Shown: positions 29,920 through 40,242, counted from the first letter of the stretch. The stretch is 64,000 nucleotides of DNA from an uncultured Candidatus Saccharibacteria bacterium (GCA_964617735.1 CAZTXT010000002.1:12536-76535); one strand, 5' to 3'. Made by a program: numbers and translations. The notes: generated by a model from the letters alone, not told the origin.

Positions 29920-30753
29920 ATGGCTTTTAAAAAATGCGATTGCGAACTCTGCAGATTCGAAAATCCCAAGATCGCGACCGCCGCGATCATTATTAATGAT
30001 CAAAAACTTCTCGTTGCTAAAAGAAACACCGAACCGTTCAAGGGCGCATGGGATTTTTTTGGCGGTTACGCATCGAAGGGCGAGACTCCAGAAGAAAGCC
30101 ATCGCAGAGAAATAAAGGAAGAGCTCGGGACTGACTGCGAAGTTACTTTTTTGGGCGCCTTTCCCGGCACTGCCAGCTACAAAGAGTTCGAATTTCCTGT
30201 GGTCAATTTCGCGTATCTGACAGAATTAAAAGGCACGATCAAACTCGACACGAAGGAAAACTCGCACGCTGCGTGGATTCCGATCGCGGATATGAAAGAT
30301 ATCGCTTTTGATTCAAACCGAAAAATACTCGATTTTTTGAAGAAGAAATGGACGTTCGATCTAGAGACGTTAAGAAAACTGGTACACCAGCTTGACCCTT
30401 CCGCTGTGGTAAGTGAGCAATCACTCTATAAAGCGATGCTCAACGGTTTTATCAGCACCGTTTACGATGGAGGTAGGCTGGTTGGCATGGGCTGGATCTT
30501 CCCGCGTCAGACGCTTTTACGAAAACAAGCGGTCGTTGAGGACATGATCGTCGACGATAGCGAGCGTGGCAAAGGCCTCGGGAAAAAGATCCTTCTGGAT
30601 CTGCTTGCATGGGCGAAGAGCGAAGGCGTTGAGGTGGTCGAACTGACCACCAATCCAAAACGAGTCGCCGCGAACTCTCTCTACCAAAAAGTTGGTTTCA
30701 AACTCCACGTTACCAACCACTACCTATTGGACTTGGAAAAGTACACCTCGTAA
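29920..30753 (+). CDS. NUDIX hydrolase-GNAT acetyltransferase fusion
   Basis: Nudix box GG....GET......REIKEELG; GNAT VEDMIVD...RGKGLG, A..LYQKVGF. Leaderless promoter TGcTATGAT 7 nt upstream. Confidence 0.85.
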   Translation: MAFKKCDCELCRFENPKIATAAIIINDQKLLVAKRNTEPFKGAWDFFGGYASKGETPEESHRREIKEELGTDCEVTFLGAFPGTASYKEFEFPVVNFAYLTELKGTIKLDTKENSHAAWIPIADMKDIAFDSNRKILDFLKKKWTFDLETLRKLVHQLDPSAVVSEQSLYKAMLNGFISTVYDGGRLVGMGWIFPRQTLLRKQAVVEDMIVDDSERGKGLGKKILLDLLAWAKSEGVEVVELTTNPKRVAANSLYQKVGFKLHVTNHYLLDLEKYTS

Positions 30754-30754
30754 G

Positions 30755-30791
30755 AAAAAGAAACCGCCACGCTATTGTACGTGGCGGCTTT
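30755..30791. terminator. bidirectional terminator
   Basis: CCGCCACG/CGTGGCGG stem flanked by A and T runs. Confidence 0.65.
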
Positions 30792-30804
30792 CGTATCTGC
30801 TGTG

Positions 30805-31356
30805 TCAGTAAGGGAAGATCGTGTCGTAGAGATCAAGAAGCGCTTTGTGAATACCCGTGTCTGCTAAGAGCTTCTCCCGATTGTACTCCTGGAGACCCCA
30901 ACCAGGAACGTATCCGGTTTTTTCGAGATTTGCTGCCGTATGTTCACGTTCTTGTGGAGTCAGCTCCACAGCAAAAACTTGAACAACGCCATGGCAACCA
31001 ACGTTTTGGGGTTCTTGCTCGCGATCCTTCCAAAGGTACTCGTTCTCTTTCACATAGGTGAAACGCTCCGCCCCAAGAAGCAAGGAAGTCTCTCTAAAGA
31101 AGACCCTCTCGATTGCTTGAATGGGGGTCTGACCAGCAGCTCGCCGTCCGCCGATCACCCAAACTCCCTGCATCGGCTTCTGTGAACGTTTTATAAGCCA
31201 AAACGTCTTACGTAAACTATCAATAACGACAGCGTCCACGCAGACGATGATGAAGCTACGTATCGCTTCCTCGTATGCTGTGGCAGTCATAAAGTACCGC
31301 TGCATACTGTGTTCAGGCGTTTCCCGATAAAGGGTCGGGAGGGTTGCTTCTTTCAC
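30805..31356 (-). CDS. NUDIX protein, GDP-mannose mannosyl hydrolase-like
   Basis: CVDAVV, R...P..G.W..GGR, A..R....ET. GTG start with SD GAAAGGA (31361-31367). Confidence 0.7.
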   Translation of the reverse strand: MKEATLPTLYRETPEHSMQRYFMTATAYEEAIRSFIIVCVDAVVIDSLRKTFWLIKRSQKPMQGVWVIGGRRAAGQTPIQAIERVFFRETSLLLGAERFTYVKENEYLWKDREQEPQNVGCHGVVQVFAVELTPQEREHTAANLEKTGYVPGWGLQEYNREKLLADTGIHKALLDLYDTIFPY

Positions 31357-31660
31357 AAGATCCTTTCGGTTTGTAGCTACGTGAAAGGGTTTTTAAACCC
31401 TAACAACATAACGAAGTTTAGTGTTTATCTCATCTGGTTATAACACATCTATTAGAAAATGCAATATCTGTACTCTTACTAGTTTCTTAAGTGCTTGCTC
31501 TACCCTATCAGTAAGTACTTGGGGCGAAAGAATGCGGATATATACCAACGTATGCAATTTTCTTAACCGTAGCCATTACATCGATGTGTAACTCGAAAAT
31601 GTCAAAACCTCGAGTACTCCCAACATTTTTATAGTGAGCATCGAGCCGATAATTTCAGGC

Positions 31661-32623
31661 TCATTGAGAACTAGCGAAAAAGGAGCGATGGAGATGCTCG
31701 GCGAGGAATTGTCTTCCCTGCGCATTAAGATGCTCATCAGGAAATGGGCCATGGATAAAATTACTCGAGTCTAGATCAAAAGCCCAATTGAAGCATGTAA
31801 CTCCTTTTTCCGAGAGAACATGACACACGGTCTCTGCGTTCTTTCTGGTTTGAGGCAGGAAGTCTTTACCGACATATCGCTCTCCATTTTGATAATCGAT
31901 CGGCGTCAAATATGAGTACACTGCAATCCCCGCGGCCTGCGCGGTTTCTATCGCGTCCTCAAGTGAGCGGAGCTTACGATGATCTTCGCCCAGGTCGTAC
32001 ATATAATCGTAGATGTAGACGTCTCTGATATTTTCAGTGGTAGTAGCGGACTTCAGTTTATTCTCAAAATCCCTTACCAACCCAACCGTCGTAGTTCCAT
32101 AATACACCGGTGTCTGCAGAAATTTCTCTTCAGGAACCTCATTAAGGTTAAGGGCTCCCAGAATCGCAAGCGGACGATAAAAATCGGTCACTATCTTCGG
32201 CCGAGCTGAAAAGAAGAACTTGAGCTTTTCCGCCTGATACTCGGGTTTTAGATCCCAGCTCGGAGAAAATGAACGCAGATTGATCGGAATGATCACCGCC
32301 TGGGGGCGAACCGCCTCCCGGCTAATGTAGTGAAGATAGATTGCATACATATCAGTGTTATCGGACCCACGCGAAAAGTCGGCGATAGAATATGCCGGGT
32401 CGATTTTCGCGATCTTTTCCGCAACAGTTGATTTGTCCGCTTCGTGGGTTTGTACGGTTTTGGGCACGCTGTCCCCAAAGTAAATGACGCGCTGATGCTC
32501 GCGCAAGAATCTATCGAGCAACGCCACTTCGGGTACTGGGCCGATAATGAATCGAGAGATGAGAATCTGGGAAATAAGGATTATGATCAGAAATCCAAGA
32601 GATTTGTACAAGATCGGTTTCAT
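31661..32623 (-). CDS. DltD/SGNH-like extracytoplasmic acyltransferase partner
   Basis: N-terminal TM, FGDSV (GDS) and C-terminal DEH.N..G (DxH) motifs; directly downstream of the MBOAT. Confidence 0.65.
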   Translation of the reverse strand: MKPILYKSLGFLIIILISQILISRFIIGPVPEVALLDRFLREHQRVIYFGDSVPKTVQTHEADKSTVAEKIAKIDPAYSIADFSRGSDNTDMYAIYLHYISREAVRPQAVIIPINLRSFSPSWDLKPEYQAEKLKFFFSARPKIVTDFYRPLAILGALNLNEVPEEKFLQTPVYYGTTTVGLVRDFENKLKSATTTENIRDVYIYDYMYDLGEDHRKLRSLEDAIETAQAAGIAVYSYLTPIDYQNGERYVGKDFLPQTRKNAETVCHVLSEKGVTCFNWAFDLDSSNFIHGPFPDEHLNAQGRQFLAEHLHRSFFASSQ

Positions 32624-32624
32624 A

Positions 32625-34130
32625 TCAGAATTGGAAATAAATAAAACGGATCTCATGGGTTACACCGAGATTGAGGACCGCAAGGACGCTCAATGCATAG
32701 AGAAGATATCGGATCCATCCAGCGCTCCCATGGATCCGACGCGCCAGATCAAAACGGCTATCCGCTATCTCAACCACAACGAACGCTGCCACGATCGCTA
32801 TATACAAAAAGAGATGAAGTTTTCCTGTCGGAGCGAACGCACTGCTCACAATCTCTCGCAGAGGGTTAAGCGAAAACTCCATAAGGGAAGTCGCCACGGC
32901 AGCGATCGAACTTCCAACGCTTACGATGGCGCTCCTCAAGATAAACAAGGAATCCGAAAATGAGGCGGCTCTGAAGAAAATAAAGCCAGAACAAACCAGC
33001 GCAAAGGTTATTATGACGCTTATCCCGTGGGAAAGTCGGGGAAATCGGGATAATTTGAGAAGTTCAGCGGACCTCTTTCGCCACCGCTCGGTAACCTGTC
33101 CGAGAACTATATAGACGCCATGGATCCCACCAAACGCGACGTAGGTCCACGCCGCACCGTGCCAGAGACCATTGAGCAAAAAGGTGATCAGTGCTGCTCC
33201 CGCGATCCGTATTTGCAGATTCCCTTTTTTCCAGAGCGCGAGCGGATAATAAACATAGTCGCGCAGCCAGTTCGAAAGCGAAATATGCCAACGCCTCCAA
33301 AATTCCGCGATGGAGGGTGCGAGGAACGGCCGGTCAAAATTCACCGTAAGGTCATATCCTAAAACACGCGCCGAGCCGACCGCGATATCGGAATATCCGG
33401 AAAAATCGCCGTAGACCTGAAATGCGAAGAAGACAGTCGCGGCAATGAACGCAAGTCCCGAATACTCGTGGGGGTGGGAGAAAACTGGAGTCGCATAGCT
33501 TGCCAGGTTGTCAGCGATAACGACCTTTTTGAAAAAACCCCACAACATCCGCTCTAACCCGCGCCGAACGGAATCTGGATCGAACGCATGGCTTGCTTTA
33601 AGTTGAGGCAGTAGGTGGGCAGGACGTTCGATGGGGCCAGCCACGAGCTGGGGAAAGAAAAGGACGTAGAGAGCATAGGTCAGGATATTCTTCTCTGCAC
33701 GGTACCGCCCCCAATACACCTCGATCACATAGCTTAAACTTTGAAAGACGTGGAATGAGAGGCCGAGCGGAAGGGCAACCCCGAGAATGACGAGAGGATA
33801 GTTCCAATGTAGAAACTGCGCGATGGTCGCAACGTTTTCGTTGAAAAAGTTGAAGTATTTGAAGAAGAAAAGCGTGCCGATATTGGCGGCGATACTTAAT
33901 AGCAAGAGGATCGTGCGCTTCCTACCCTGGAACTGCTCCATCGCCTGCGCCAAGAAGAAGTCGGTGACAATGAGAAAGATGAGAATAAGGATATACTTCG
34001 GGATAAAAGCCATGTAAAAGTAGCAGCTTGCCGCAAGCATCATCAAGGGACGGACCTTGGGTGCCATCGCATAATACGCAATGACCACTACAGGGAAAAA
34101 GATGAAAAATGAGAGCGAGTTGAATCCCAT
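32625..34130 (-). CDS. MBOAT O-acyltransferase (AlgI/DltB family)
   Basis: PLGLSF, FFPQLVAGPIER, DFSGYSD, FWRRWHISLS.WLRDY, GLWHG. Confidence 0.95.
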   Translation of the reverse strand: MGFNSLSFFIFFPVVVIAYYAMAPKVRPLMMLAASCYFYMAFIPKYILILIFLIVTDFFLAQAMEQFQGRKRTILLLLSIAANIGTLFFFKYFNFFNENVATIAQFLHWNYPLVILGVALPLGLSFHVFQSLSYVIEVYWGRYRAEKNILTYALYVLFFPQLVAGPIERPAHLLPQLKASHAFDPDSVRRGLERMLWGFFKKVVIADNLASYATPVFSHPHEYSGLAFIAATVFFAFQVYGDFSGYSDIAVGSARVLGYDLTVNFDRPFLAPSIAEFWRRWHISLSNWLRDYVYYPLALWKKGNLQIRIAGAALITFLLNGLWHGAAWTYVAFGGIHGVYIVLGQVTERWRKRSAELLKLSRFPRLSHGISVIITFALVCSGFIFFRAASFSDSLFILRSAIVSVGSSIAAVATSLMEFSLNPLREIVSSAFAPTGKLHLFLYIAIVAAFVVVEIADSRFDLARRIHGSAGWIRYLLYALSVLAVLNLGVTHEIRFIYFQF

Positions 34131-34135
34131 GATAG

Positions 34136-34894
34136 CTACAATTCCTCGGTTTCAGGTGCCACCAGCATGGTTAAATCCTTTTCTTCGCATCGATCCGAAC
34201 AAAGCGAAGATACTACAACCGCCACATCGGATGCTTCAGCGAGTTTACCGGTCGGACTGCCCCTCCTGACCATCTCTAAGAAGGCTGCCGGTGTATCTTT
34301 ATTGAGACCGCCCGGGAGCACCCCCGGTGCGACCGAATAGACCCGAACGGAAAACGGTGCTAGTTCCTCGCGTAGTGCTACAAGCATCCCCTGCTGTGCG
34401 AATTTCATCGGACTATAAGCTCCACGAGCTTTCGTGTTGACTGGAGTAGAAACCGACGCTGTTGTGATCCCAATTAGTACCCCTCTTCCGGCACGCTTGA
34501 GAGCGTCGGCGCAGTGGGAAAGGAAATTAAAACTGCCGAAGACATTGGTCTCGAACTGTTCGCGGAGATCCTCAATCGACGTACGGTAGAGCGGCGCGCG
34601 CTTCGGCAGGGTACCCGCCGCATGAATACATGCGTAAGGAACCTCCCTATAGTCTTGTTCGATACCATCGAGCACACGTGACAGTGCAGAAGAATCTCTA
34701 AGATCGCATGAATACGATCGATGGCCCGATCCGGTAAGCCCCGCAAGAAACTTTGTAACCTCTGGTGCCGAAGATGTGTGGTAGAGCGCTGCGATGAAAA
34801 ACCCGTCAGCAGCGAGTTTGCGGCAAATGGCCGAACCCACATATCCCATTGAGCCTGACACGACCGCGATGTGTTTTTTTGTGCTTTTTGTCAT
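34136..34894 (-). CDS. short-chain dehydrogenase/ketoreductase (FabG-like)
   Basis: SGSMGYVG, HAAG, YSPMK (YxxxK), VAPG. Confidence 0.85.
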   Translation of the reverse strand: MTKSTKKHIAVVSGSMGYVGSAICRKLAADGFFIAALYHTSSAPEVTKFLAGLTGSGHRSYSCDLRDSSALSRVLDGIEQDYREVPYACIHAAGTLPKRAPLYRTSIEDLREQFETNVFGSFNFLSHCADALKRAGRGVLIGITTASVSTPVNTKARGAYSPMKFAQQGMLVALREELAPFSVRVYSVAPGVLPGGLNKDTPAAFLEMVRRGSPTGKLAEASDVAVVVSSLCSDRCEEKDLTMLVAPETEEL

Positions 34895-34897
34895 CGA

Positions 34898-35323
34898 TCA
34901 ATCTCTGACCTGAACCGTGGCGACCCCACAGACAACCTCTTCTCTGCCCTTGCGGACCGAGATATCCACATCGATGACGCGCGTTGCGGGACTCTTCGAC
35001 TGTACAGTCCCGATGACCTCAACGGTATCCCCCATATACACCGGCTTCTTGAAGCTCAAGGTCTGACGGAGATATAAACAGCTTTCTCCCGGCAAATGCA
35101 TGCCGACCATCCGCGAGCAGAGCGCTCCGATCAGCATCCCATGCACCAGTCTCCGGCCAAAACTCGTCTTTTGCGCGTACGCATCATCCATATGGAGTGG
35201 ATTCTCATCGCCCGAGAGACGCGCGAAGTCCAAAACATCTTGAGCGTTGATAGTACGCTCAAAACGGGCGGTGTCCCCCACTGAGATATCCGAAAAATGC
35301 CGATGTGCAGGGATTTTATTCAT
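34898..35323 (-). CDS. MaoC-family (R)-specific dehydratase
   Basis: FARLSGDENPLHMD, VHGML, F.KPVY.GD. Confidence 0.92.
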   Translation of the reverse strand: MNKIPAHRHFSDISVGDTARFERTINAQDVLDFARLSGDENPLHMDDAYAQKTSFGRRLVHGMLIGALCSRMVGMHLPGESCLYLRQTLSFKKPVYMGDTVEVIGTVQSKSPATRVIDVDISVRKGREEVVCGVATVQVRD

Positions 35324-35550
35324 AAGTTCTTCCCACGCTTAAGAACGACGCGGCGTATATCGCCGACAGTTTTTGAGCTGACGACTTCATCGATAGTAAA
35401 AGAGAAACCGAAACGTTTTTCCAGTTCCGAGATGAAAAATAAGTAGTTCATAGAATCCCATTCCGGGATATCTTTAGGGGAAAGCGAGTCAGAGATGCTC
35501 TGGAGCGGAATCTTAAAAACCCTATGCAGTATGGTATCAAAATCATGCAT
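35320..35550 (-). CDS. acyl carrier protein
   Basis: 76 aa, WDSM phosphopantetheine site, LE..F. Confidence 0.88.
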   Translation of the reverse strand: MHDFDTILHRVFKIPLQSISDSLSPKDIPEWDSMNYLFFISELEKRFGFSFTIDEVVSSKTVGDIRRVVLKRGKNL

Positions 35551-36592
35551 GGCTCAGTTTGACCCAACGAGGGGTTTTAAAAGACTCCGACAGAGAGCCC
35601 TCTCCTCCCCCAAAGACTCTCCGAACAAAATCTCGCGCGGGCCCATTCTTTTCCGACTCGACAAAATCGATGGTCGTCTTCAGGGCACCGCTCTCACTGG
35701 CACGGCGTACAATAAAGGACACAAAAGCATCTTCCACGCCCCGGCCAAATACTCGACAGCTCATCAGAAGGTATTCTATCGCCCACACCGACGGGTTGGT
35801 GCGTACTAGCGCAAACGCGATAACGCCGTAATCCCCGAACCGATCGCTTAACGTAGCATGAAAAACCCGATAGTCGCCGCTTCGGATATATTTTCGTATC
35901 TCGGGTTCAGAGAGTGGTTGCTTGTGGATGTTAAACTGGTTCGTTTTTTCAGTCAGTTGCGAGAGACGTGCAAGATGCAGGTCGCTGTCTTCATAGACTG
36001 TTAGTTCCAGATGTAAACTCTTCAAGAAATCTTCTTTCGTCGGAGAACGACTCTCCTCGGCTCTCCGCAATCTCTCGGTAACATAATAATTTCCGCGCAT
36101 GGTATCTTCATCGGTAACCGCGTCCATTGCAAAATACGGCAAGGCGTTGAGAAAACGAACATAGTCGGAAGGACTCTCCGGCATCTCCGGCGTCTCCACT
36201 TCAGGTACCAGCGAGCGCGCCAGCGCGCGATTGGTCGGATCATCATCCAAAAATACCATCGAGTCGAGACCGATATTCAATTCTTGCGCCAACTCGCGCA
36301 GATTCTGCGCTTTGTCATTCCAATTGATACGCGCTGCCGCGAAGTGATGCTCTTTGAGCACCATATTAGGATGAGCACGTATCACCTGCCACGCATCGTC
36401 AGGATTATTTCTGCTATTGATAGCCAACAAGACACCGCTCTGTTGCCGATCGAGAAGCATTTGTTGAAATGCCAGAAAATAATTCCCGGGCGGATCGAGC
36501 GAAAGCGCGATACCCTCTATACCATCCTCTCCCGCGACGCCTCCCCAGAGGGTATTGTCGAGATCGACTACGATGCATTTTTTGTTATTCAT
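35543..36592 (-). CDS. FkbH-family glyceryl-ACP synthase (HAD IIIC)
   Basis: DLDNTLWGG (DxDxT), FLDD, KTNQFN, DRFGDYG, LMSCR catalytic Cys. Confidence 0.93.
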   Translation of the reverse strand: MNNKKCIVVDLDNTLWGGVAGEDGIEGIALSLDPPGNYFLAFQQMLLDRQQSGVLLAINSRNNPDDAWQVIRAHPNMVLKEHHFAAARINWNDKAQNLRELAQELNIGLDSMVFLDDDPTNRALARSLVPEVETPEMPESPSDYVRFLNALPYFAMDAVTDEDTMRGNYYVTERLRRAEESRSPTKEDFLKSLHLELTVYEDSDLHLARLSQLTEKTNQFNIHKQPLSEPEIRKYIRSGDYRVFHATLSDRFGDYGVIAFALVRTNPSVWAIEYLLMSCRVFGRGVEDAFVSFIVRRASESGALKTTIDFVESEKNGPARDFVRRVFGGGEGSLSESFKTPRWVKLSHA

Positions 36593-36935
36593 ATAACTGA
36601 ACCGCAATGGCAACTGCCATGGTCTTTTCATGGCTAATCGAGACAAGTATGGAGCGTTGGTATCGATTGCGGATCCACACTCCCGGTCTTCCGTCCTTAC
36701 CGCGCCGTATCTCGATGCTCCTGATCAAGCGCAGTGGGTCTGTGAAAGTCTTACGTACGGCTTCCTTTGCCGCAAAAGTCCCTGCCAAATGCACCCGAGC
36801 ATCTTTGAAAGAAAAACAATGCGCGCGCTCGATTGCGCTGAAATTGTCAAGCAAAAAGCGACTTTTTCGATCCCGTTCGAACGGCGCAAAACGCTTAACC
36901 GCCACGATATCGATACCGACGCCGCGAACACCCAT
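36585..36935 (-). CDS. acpS: holo-ACP synthase
   Basis: GIDIV, FAAKEA..K, G.P, SISHE motifs; TACAAT box 9 nt upstream. Confidence 0.92.
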   Translation of the reverse strand: MGVRGVGIDIVAVKRFAPFERDRKSRFLLDNFSAIERAHCFSFKDARVHLAGTFAAKEAVRKTFTDPLRLIRSIEIRRGKDGRPGVWIRNRYQRSILVSISHEKTMAVAIAVQLYE

Positions 36936-36984
36936 ATGCGCAGTATTGTACCGAAAAAACGGATTTTTACAACGATGCGACCTC

Positions 36985-38040
36985 CTAGAGAGAACGGAGA
37001 ACCGCGGCAACTCTCTCCCCTAAAACCGCCGGGAGTAGAAGTTCTTGATAAGTCTTGTGCGCATTGCGGGATAGACGCGCACGAGCTTCAGGATCGTTTT
37101 TCAAGGAAACGATAGCATGGGCAAGATCCTCGGCATCACAAGCCCTGACGAACGAACAATTTAAACCGTCTGACAAAAGCTCGCGGTTGCTCTTTGAATC
37201 ACGGGTGATAAACGGCATGCCCAGAGCAAGCGCCTCGATCGTCTTATGCTGAATGGTGCGATCGAGCCGTTCATTGTCGCTGAACTGACCCAAGAGCACC
37301 TGCGCCGAAAGCATGGTCCGGCGTAGTTCCGGTGCGTCAAGGAATACACCGATGAGCTTAACTTCAGAGAGTCCGTAACGGCTGATCAGCGCCTTGATCT
37401 TCTCTTGCTGCGCTCCCCAGCCAATGAGAATAAACGTGATCGGTTCATTGCGTAACAGTCGCGCCGCCTCGATCACATATTCAGCGCCGGTCGCTGGCAG
37501 GAACATGCCGCGGAATAAAACGGTAAATCCTGTATTCTTCTTAACCAATGGGTCGGGGTGGAACACCGATTCATCGGCACCGGTGAACACAACGTGCAAT
37601 TTGCGCAGCGGAACAAAAAAGAACTTCGCTATAAAACGTTTTTGTGCCTCGCTTTCAACCAGTATGGCGTCTGAGACTGCAAACGCCAGAAAGTCAGAAA
37701 GCCAGAAAAAGAAAGCATGCAATGAAAACCGCCGATGCATCTCCCGGTCAAGGATATACGCCTCGTACGATGAGGCCAGCGCGTTGTAAATGATCTTTTT
37801 GCGCTGCGCCAGATAGGCGACGATCGCACAGCGTGGACTTAAATATCCTATCCAGATCAGATCGACATCGCGAAGCGCGCGAAGCGCGCGGAAGAGTCCA
37901 GTGTACTTCTTAAAACCTGATCTCTGATCGATGAGCTCCAGGAATCGGATGCCCCGCCGCTTGAGTTCTTCGATATACACCTTATCCCGCGGGGCTGTTG
38001 GTGGATAGATGCCGACAAAAGCTATGCTGCGTACGTGCAT
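36985..38040 (-). CDS. GT4 glycosyltransferase
   Basis: GT-B two-domain pattern, K..EALALG.P. Confidence 0.8.
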   Translation of the reverse strand: MHVRSIAFVGIYPPTAPRDKVYIEELKRRGIRFLELIDQRSGFKKYTGLFRALRALRDVDLIWIGYLSPRCAIVAYLAQRKKIIYNALASSYEAYILDREMHRRFSLHAFFFWLSDFLAFAVSDAILVESEAQKRFIAKFFFVPLRKLHVVFTGADESVFHPDPLVKKNTGFTVLFRGMFLPATGAEYVIEAARLLRNEPITFILIGWGAQQEKIKALISRYGLSEVKLIGVFLDAPELRRTMLSAQVLLGQFSDNERLDRTIQHKTIEALALGMPFITRDSKSNRELLSDGLNCSFVRACDAEDLAHAIVSLKNDPEARARLSRNAHKTYQELLLPAVLGERVAAVLRSL

Positions 38041-38041
38041 A

Positions 38042-39505
38042 TTAGGAAGTCTTCAACGTAAAGATATCATGACCATCTTTACGTTCAAGGAATTGGTACT
38101 TACGTGAGAGTATCTCGGCGCCCTCCGCTTCAAACCGATCCGCGGACGGAGAAACGAGTATGTCGGGCAGTGGGTTCTCAAGCAGCGGGTTCACACCGAT
38201 ATCCGGCATACCGGTCAAAGAGAACACCACCGACCGATGTGGGTTTCTCATTTGGGAATACAATCCGACGTCCGACAATATCCCAATGGTTTTCTCGGGG
38301 TATAGCCGATCGAGATAGCGCGCGATCTCGATGGACTCTCTCGATGTATAGATGTCCGCCGAAACAAAAAGCTGGACCAGCTGCACCACGATCAAAAGAC
38401 CCGTCAGCGTAAGCGTTCCGGTCGCGAGCTTGAATTTCCTGAAAAAAGCCGCGCGACGCTGTAAGGTGTGCACCAGAGTTAGGAGCGCATGCGGCACAAT
38501 CAACAGGATGAGCAATTCGGCAATGAGGAGATAGCGGAGCCAGCCTGGACTGCGCAGATAATAGACGAATGCGAACACATTGTAGACAATACAGAAGTCA
38601 TAGAGCAACGCTGTTTCTTTTCTCCGAACAAAGAAACGTGCCGCGATTATAAGCGTCAGCAGAATGGAAAAATAGATAAGCGTCGTCGAAGCGAAAAAAT
38701 GGGCTAAATTTGAGTGTATGTTCGCCCCGATATCCGAACTGTAGGGGTTCCGGTAAAAATTACCGATGCGCGACCAGAAAGCGCTTGAAAAAGGATTGCC
38801 ATTCACCACCGAGAGCCAGAGCAGAGCCGACGGAAGAATCCCGAGCGCAAGCGCGAGCGTTCGGCCGAGAAAACGCCGCGGCTCACGCATCAATACGATG
38901 AGAAGCGCCGGAAGTGCGAGCAAGAACACCGAAGGTTTCGCGGCAATAGAGAATCCCAGCATGATGCCTGCAAGCACCGGAGATTTGCGTTCGAAAAGAA
39001 GATAGAGAGCAAGAGAAAATAACGCGAATCCCGGTATCTCCCCGACTACGGTACGACCATTGGCATAAAAAGACGCGAAGCTCGCGATGAGGGCGACCGA
39101 CAAGAGCGCAAGCGGCGAGTCGAACGATCTGCGTGCAAACATATATGCCGCTACAAGCGCGCAGAGCATCCAGACAAGCATGTATACCCTTGCCAGCGAG
39201 AAATTAAAACCGAATACGCTAAAGAGTAAAGAGAGCGGAGTGGTGACTGGATACCCGGTGGACTGGATGGTCTCGGGATGATCGGTAAACTTCCCGGGCG
39301 CGTATTCAAAATCGAGTATGTGGTTCTTCCCAAAACTCTTCGCAAGTTCGATGCTCACCGCCTCATCGGTCGAAAGCCGAGGTTTGTCGGTTAACGTCGA
39401 AACGGAAAACACTAACACGAAAATGATGATCGCAGCTGCAGCCGCACACTCAAGGCGGCGTCGTCTTTGCAATGAACCGGTACTGATCGATCCTACGTTT
39501 TCCAT
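38042..39505 (-). CDS. GT-C (ArnT/PMT-like) membrane glycosyltransferase
   Basis: N-terminal TM followed by DE motif, multiple TMs, RY motif. Confidence 0.7.
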   Translation of the reverse strand: MENVGSISTGSLQRRRRLECAAAAAIIIFVLVFSVSTLTDKPRLSTDEAVSIELAKSFGKNHILDFEYAPGKFTDHPETIQSTGYPVTTPLSLLFSVFGFNFSLARVYMLVWMLCALVAAYMFARRSFDSPLALLSVALIASFASFYANGRTVVGEIPGFALFSLALYLLFERKSPVLAGIMLGFSIAAKPSVFLLALPALLIVLMREPRRFLGRTLALALGILPSALLWLSVVNGNPFSSAFWSRIGNFYRNPYSSDIGANIHSNLAHFFASTTLIYFSILLTLIIAARFFVRRKETALLYDFCIVYNVFAFVYYLRSPGWLRYLLIAELLILLIVPHALLTLVHTLQRRAAFFRKFKLATGTLTLTGLLIVVQLVQLFVSADIYTSRESIEIARYLDRLYPEKTIGILSDVGLYSQMRNPHRSVVFSLTGMPDIGVNPLLENPLPDILVSPSADRFEAEGAEILSRKYQFLERKDGHDIFTLKTS

Positions 39506-40242
39506 AATCGTTTCGCGACCCGGCGGTATAAAAATTTAAATGATTCCCAGACCGTCCAAAGGCCGTATTCGATGCTGCGTTTGAGATTTATCGACGATGC
39601 TTCCTTGAAGTACCGTACCGGAACCGGGATATCACCGATCGAGAAACCCTTATCGATGATACCGAAGAGCATCTGGGTATCGAAGATGAAATCGTCCGAA
39701 AACCCTTTGAAGTCGACGGACTCAAGCACCGCTCTACTATATGCGCGCATGCCCGTATGCCATTCGGAAAGATTGCGCCCACTGACAAAATTCTCCCAGA
39801 GGGTCAAGACGCGATTCGCGAAATATTTATAGAGCGGCATACCGCCTTTGAGGGCTTCGCGACGGCTTCTGATGCGACTCCCGAGCATCACATCGAAATG
39901 TCCATCTCGTATGAACTCGACGAAATACCGGACCAACTTCGGATCGTACTGATAATCAGGGTGGAGCATTACCACGATATCGGCGCCGCGTGAGAGCGCA
40001 AGGGAATAACAGGTCTTTTGATTGCCGCCGTAACCCAGATTTTTCTTATGCCGATGTACCGTAAAAGGTTTCGGAAGTGTACGCTTGATCTCTTGGGCAA
40101 CATCCACCGTTGCGTCGTCGCTCCGATCGTCAACCAGAATGAATTCGCTGACAGAATCCATCGGAACATCCGCGATCGTTTTTCCTAAAGTCGCGGCAGC
40201 GTTATAGGCAGGCAGAACTATGATAACGTTGGGTTTAAGCAT
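39493..40242 (-). CDS. GT2 polyprenol-phosphate glycosyltransferase (DPM1-like)
   Basis: LPAYN, VDD, GYGGNQK, HPDYQY, GSR. Confidence 0.88.
   Translation of the reverse strand: MLKPNVIIVLPAYNAAATLGKTIADVPMDSVSEFILVDDRSDDATVDVAQEIKRTLPKPFTVHRHKKNLGYGGNQKTCYSLALSRGADIVVMLHPDYQYDPKLVRYFVEFIRDGHFDVMLGSRIRSRREALKGGMPLYKYFANRVLTLWENFVSGRNLSEWHTGMRAYSRAVLESVDFKGFSDDFIFDTQMLFGIIDKGFSIGDIPVPVRYFKEASSINLKRSIEYGLWTVWESFKFLYRRVAKRLWKT

Noticed and set aside
31450-31660. AT-rich intergenic stretch with a TTGACA on the minus strand
   Set aside because: No well-spaced -10, ORF or stable structure that I can support
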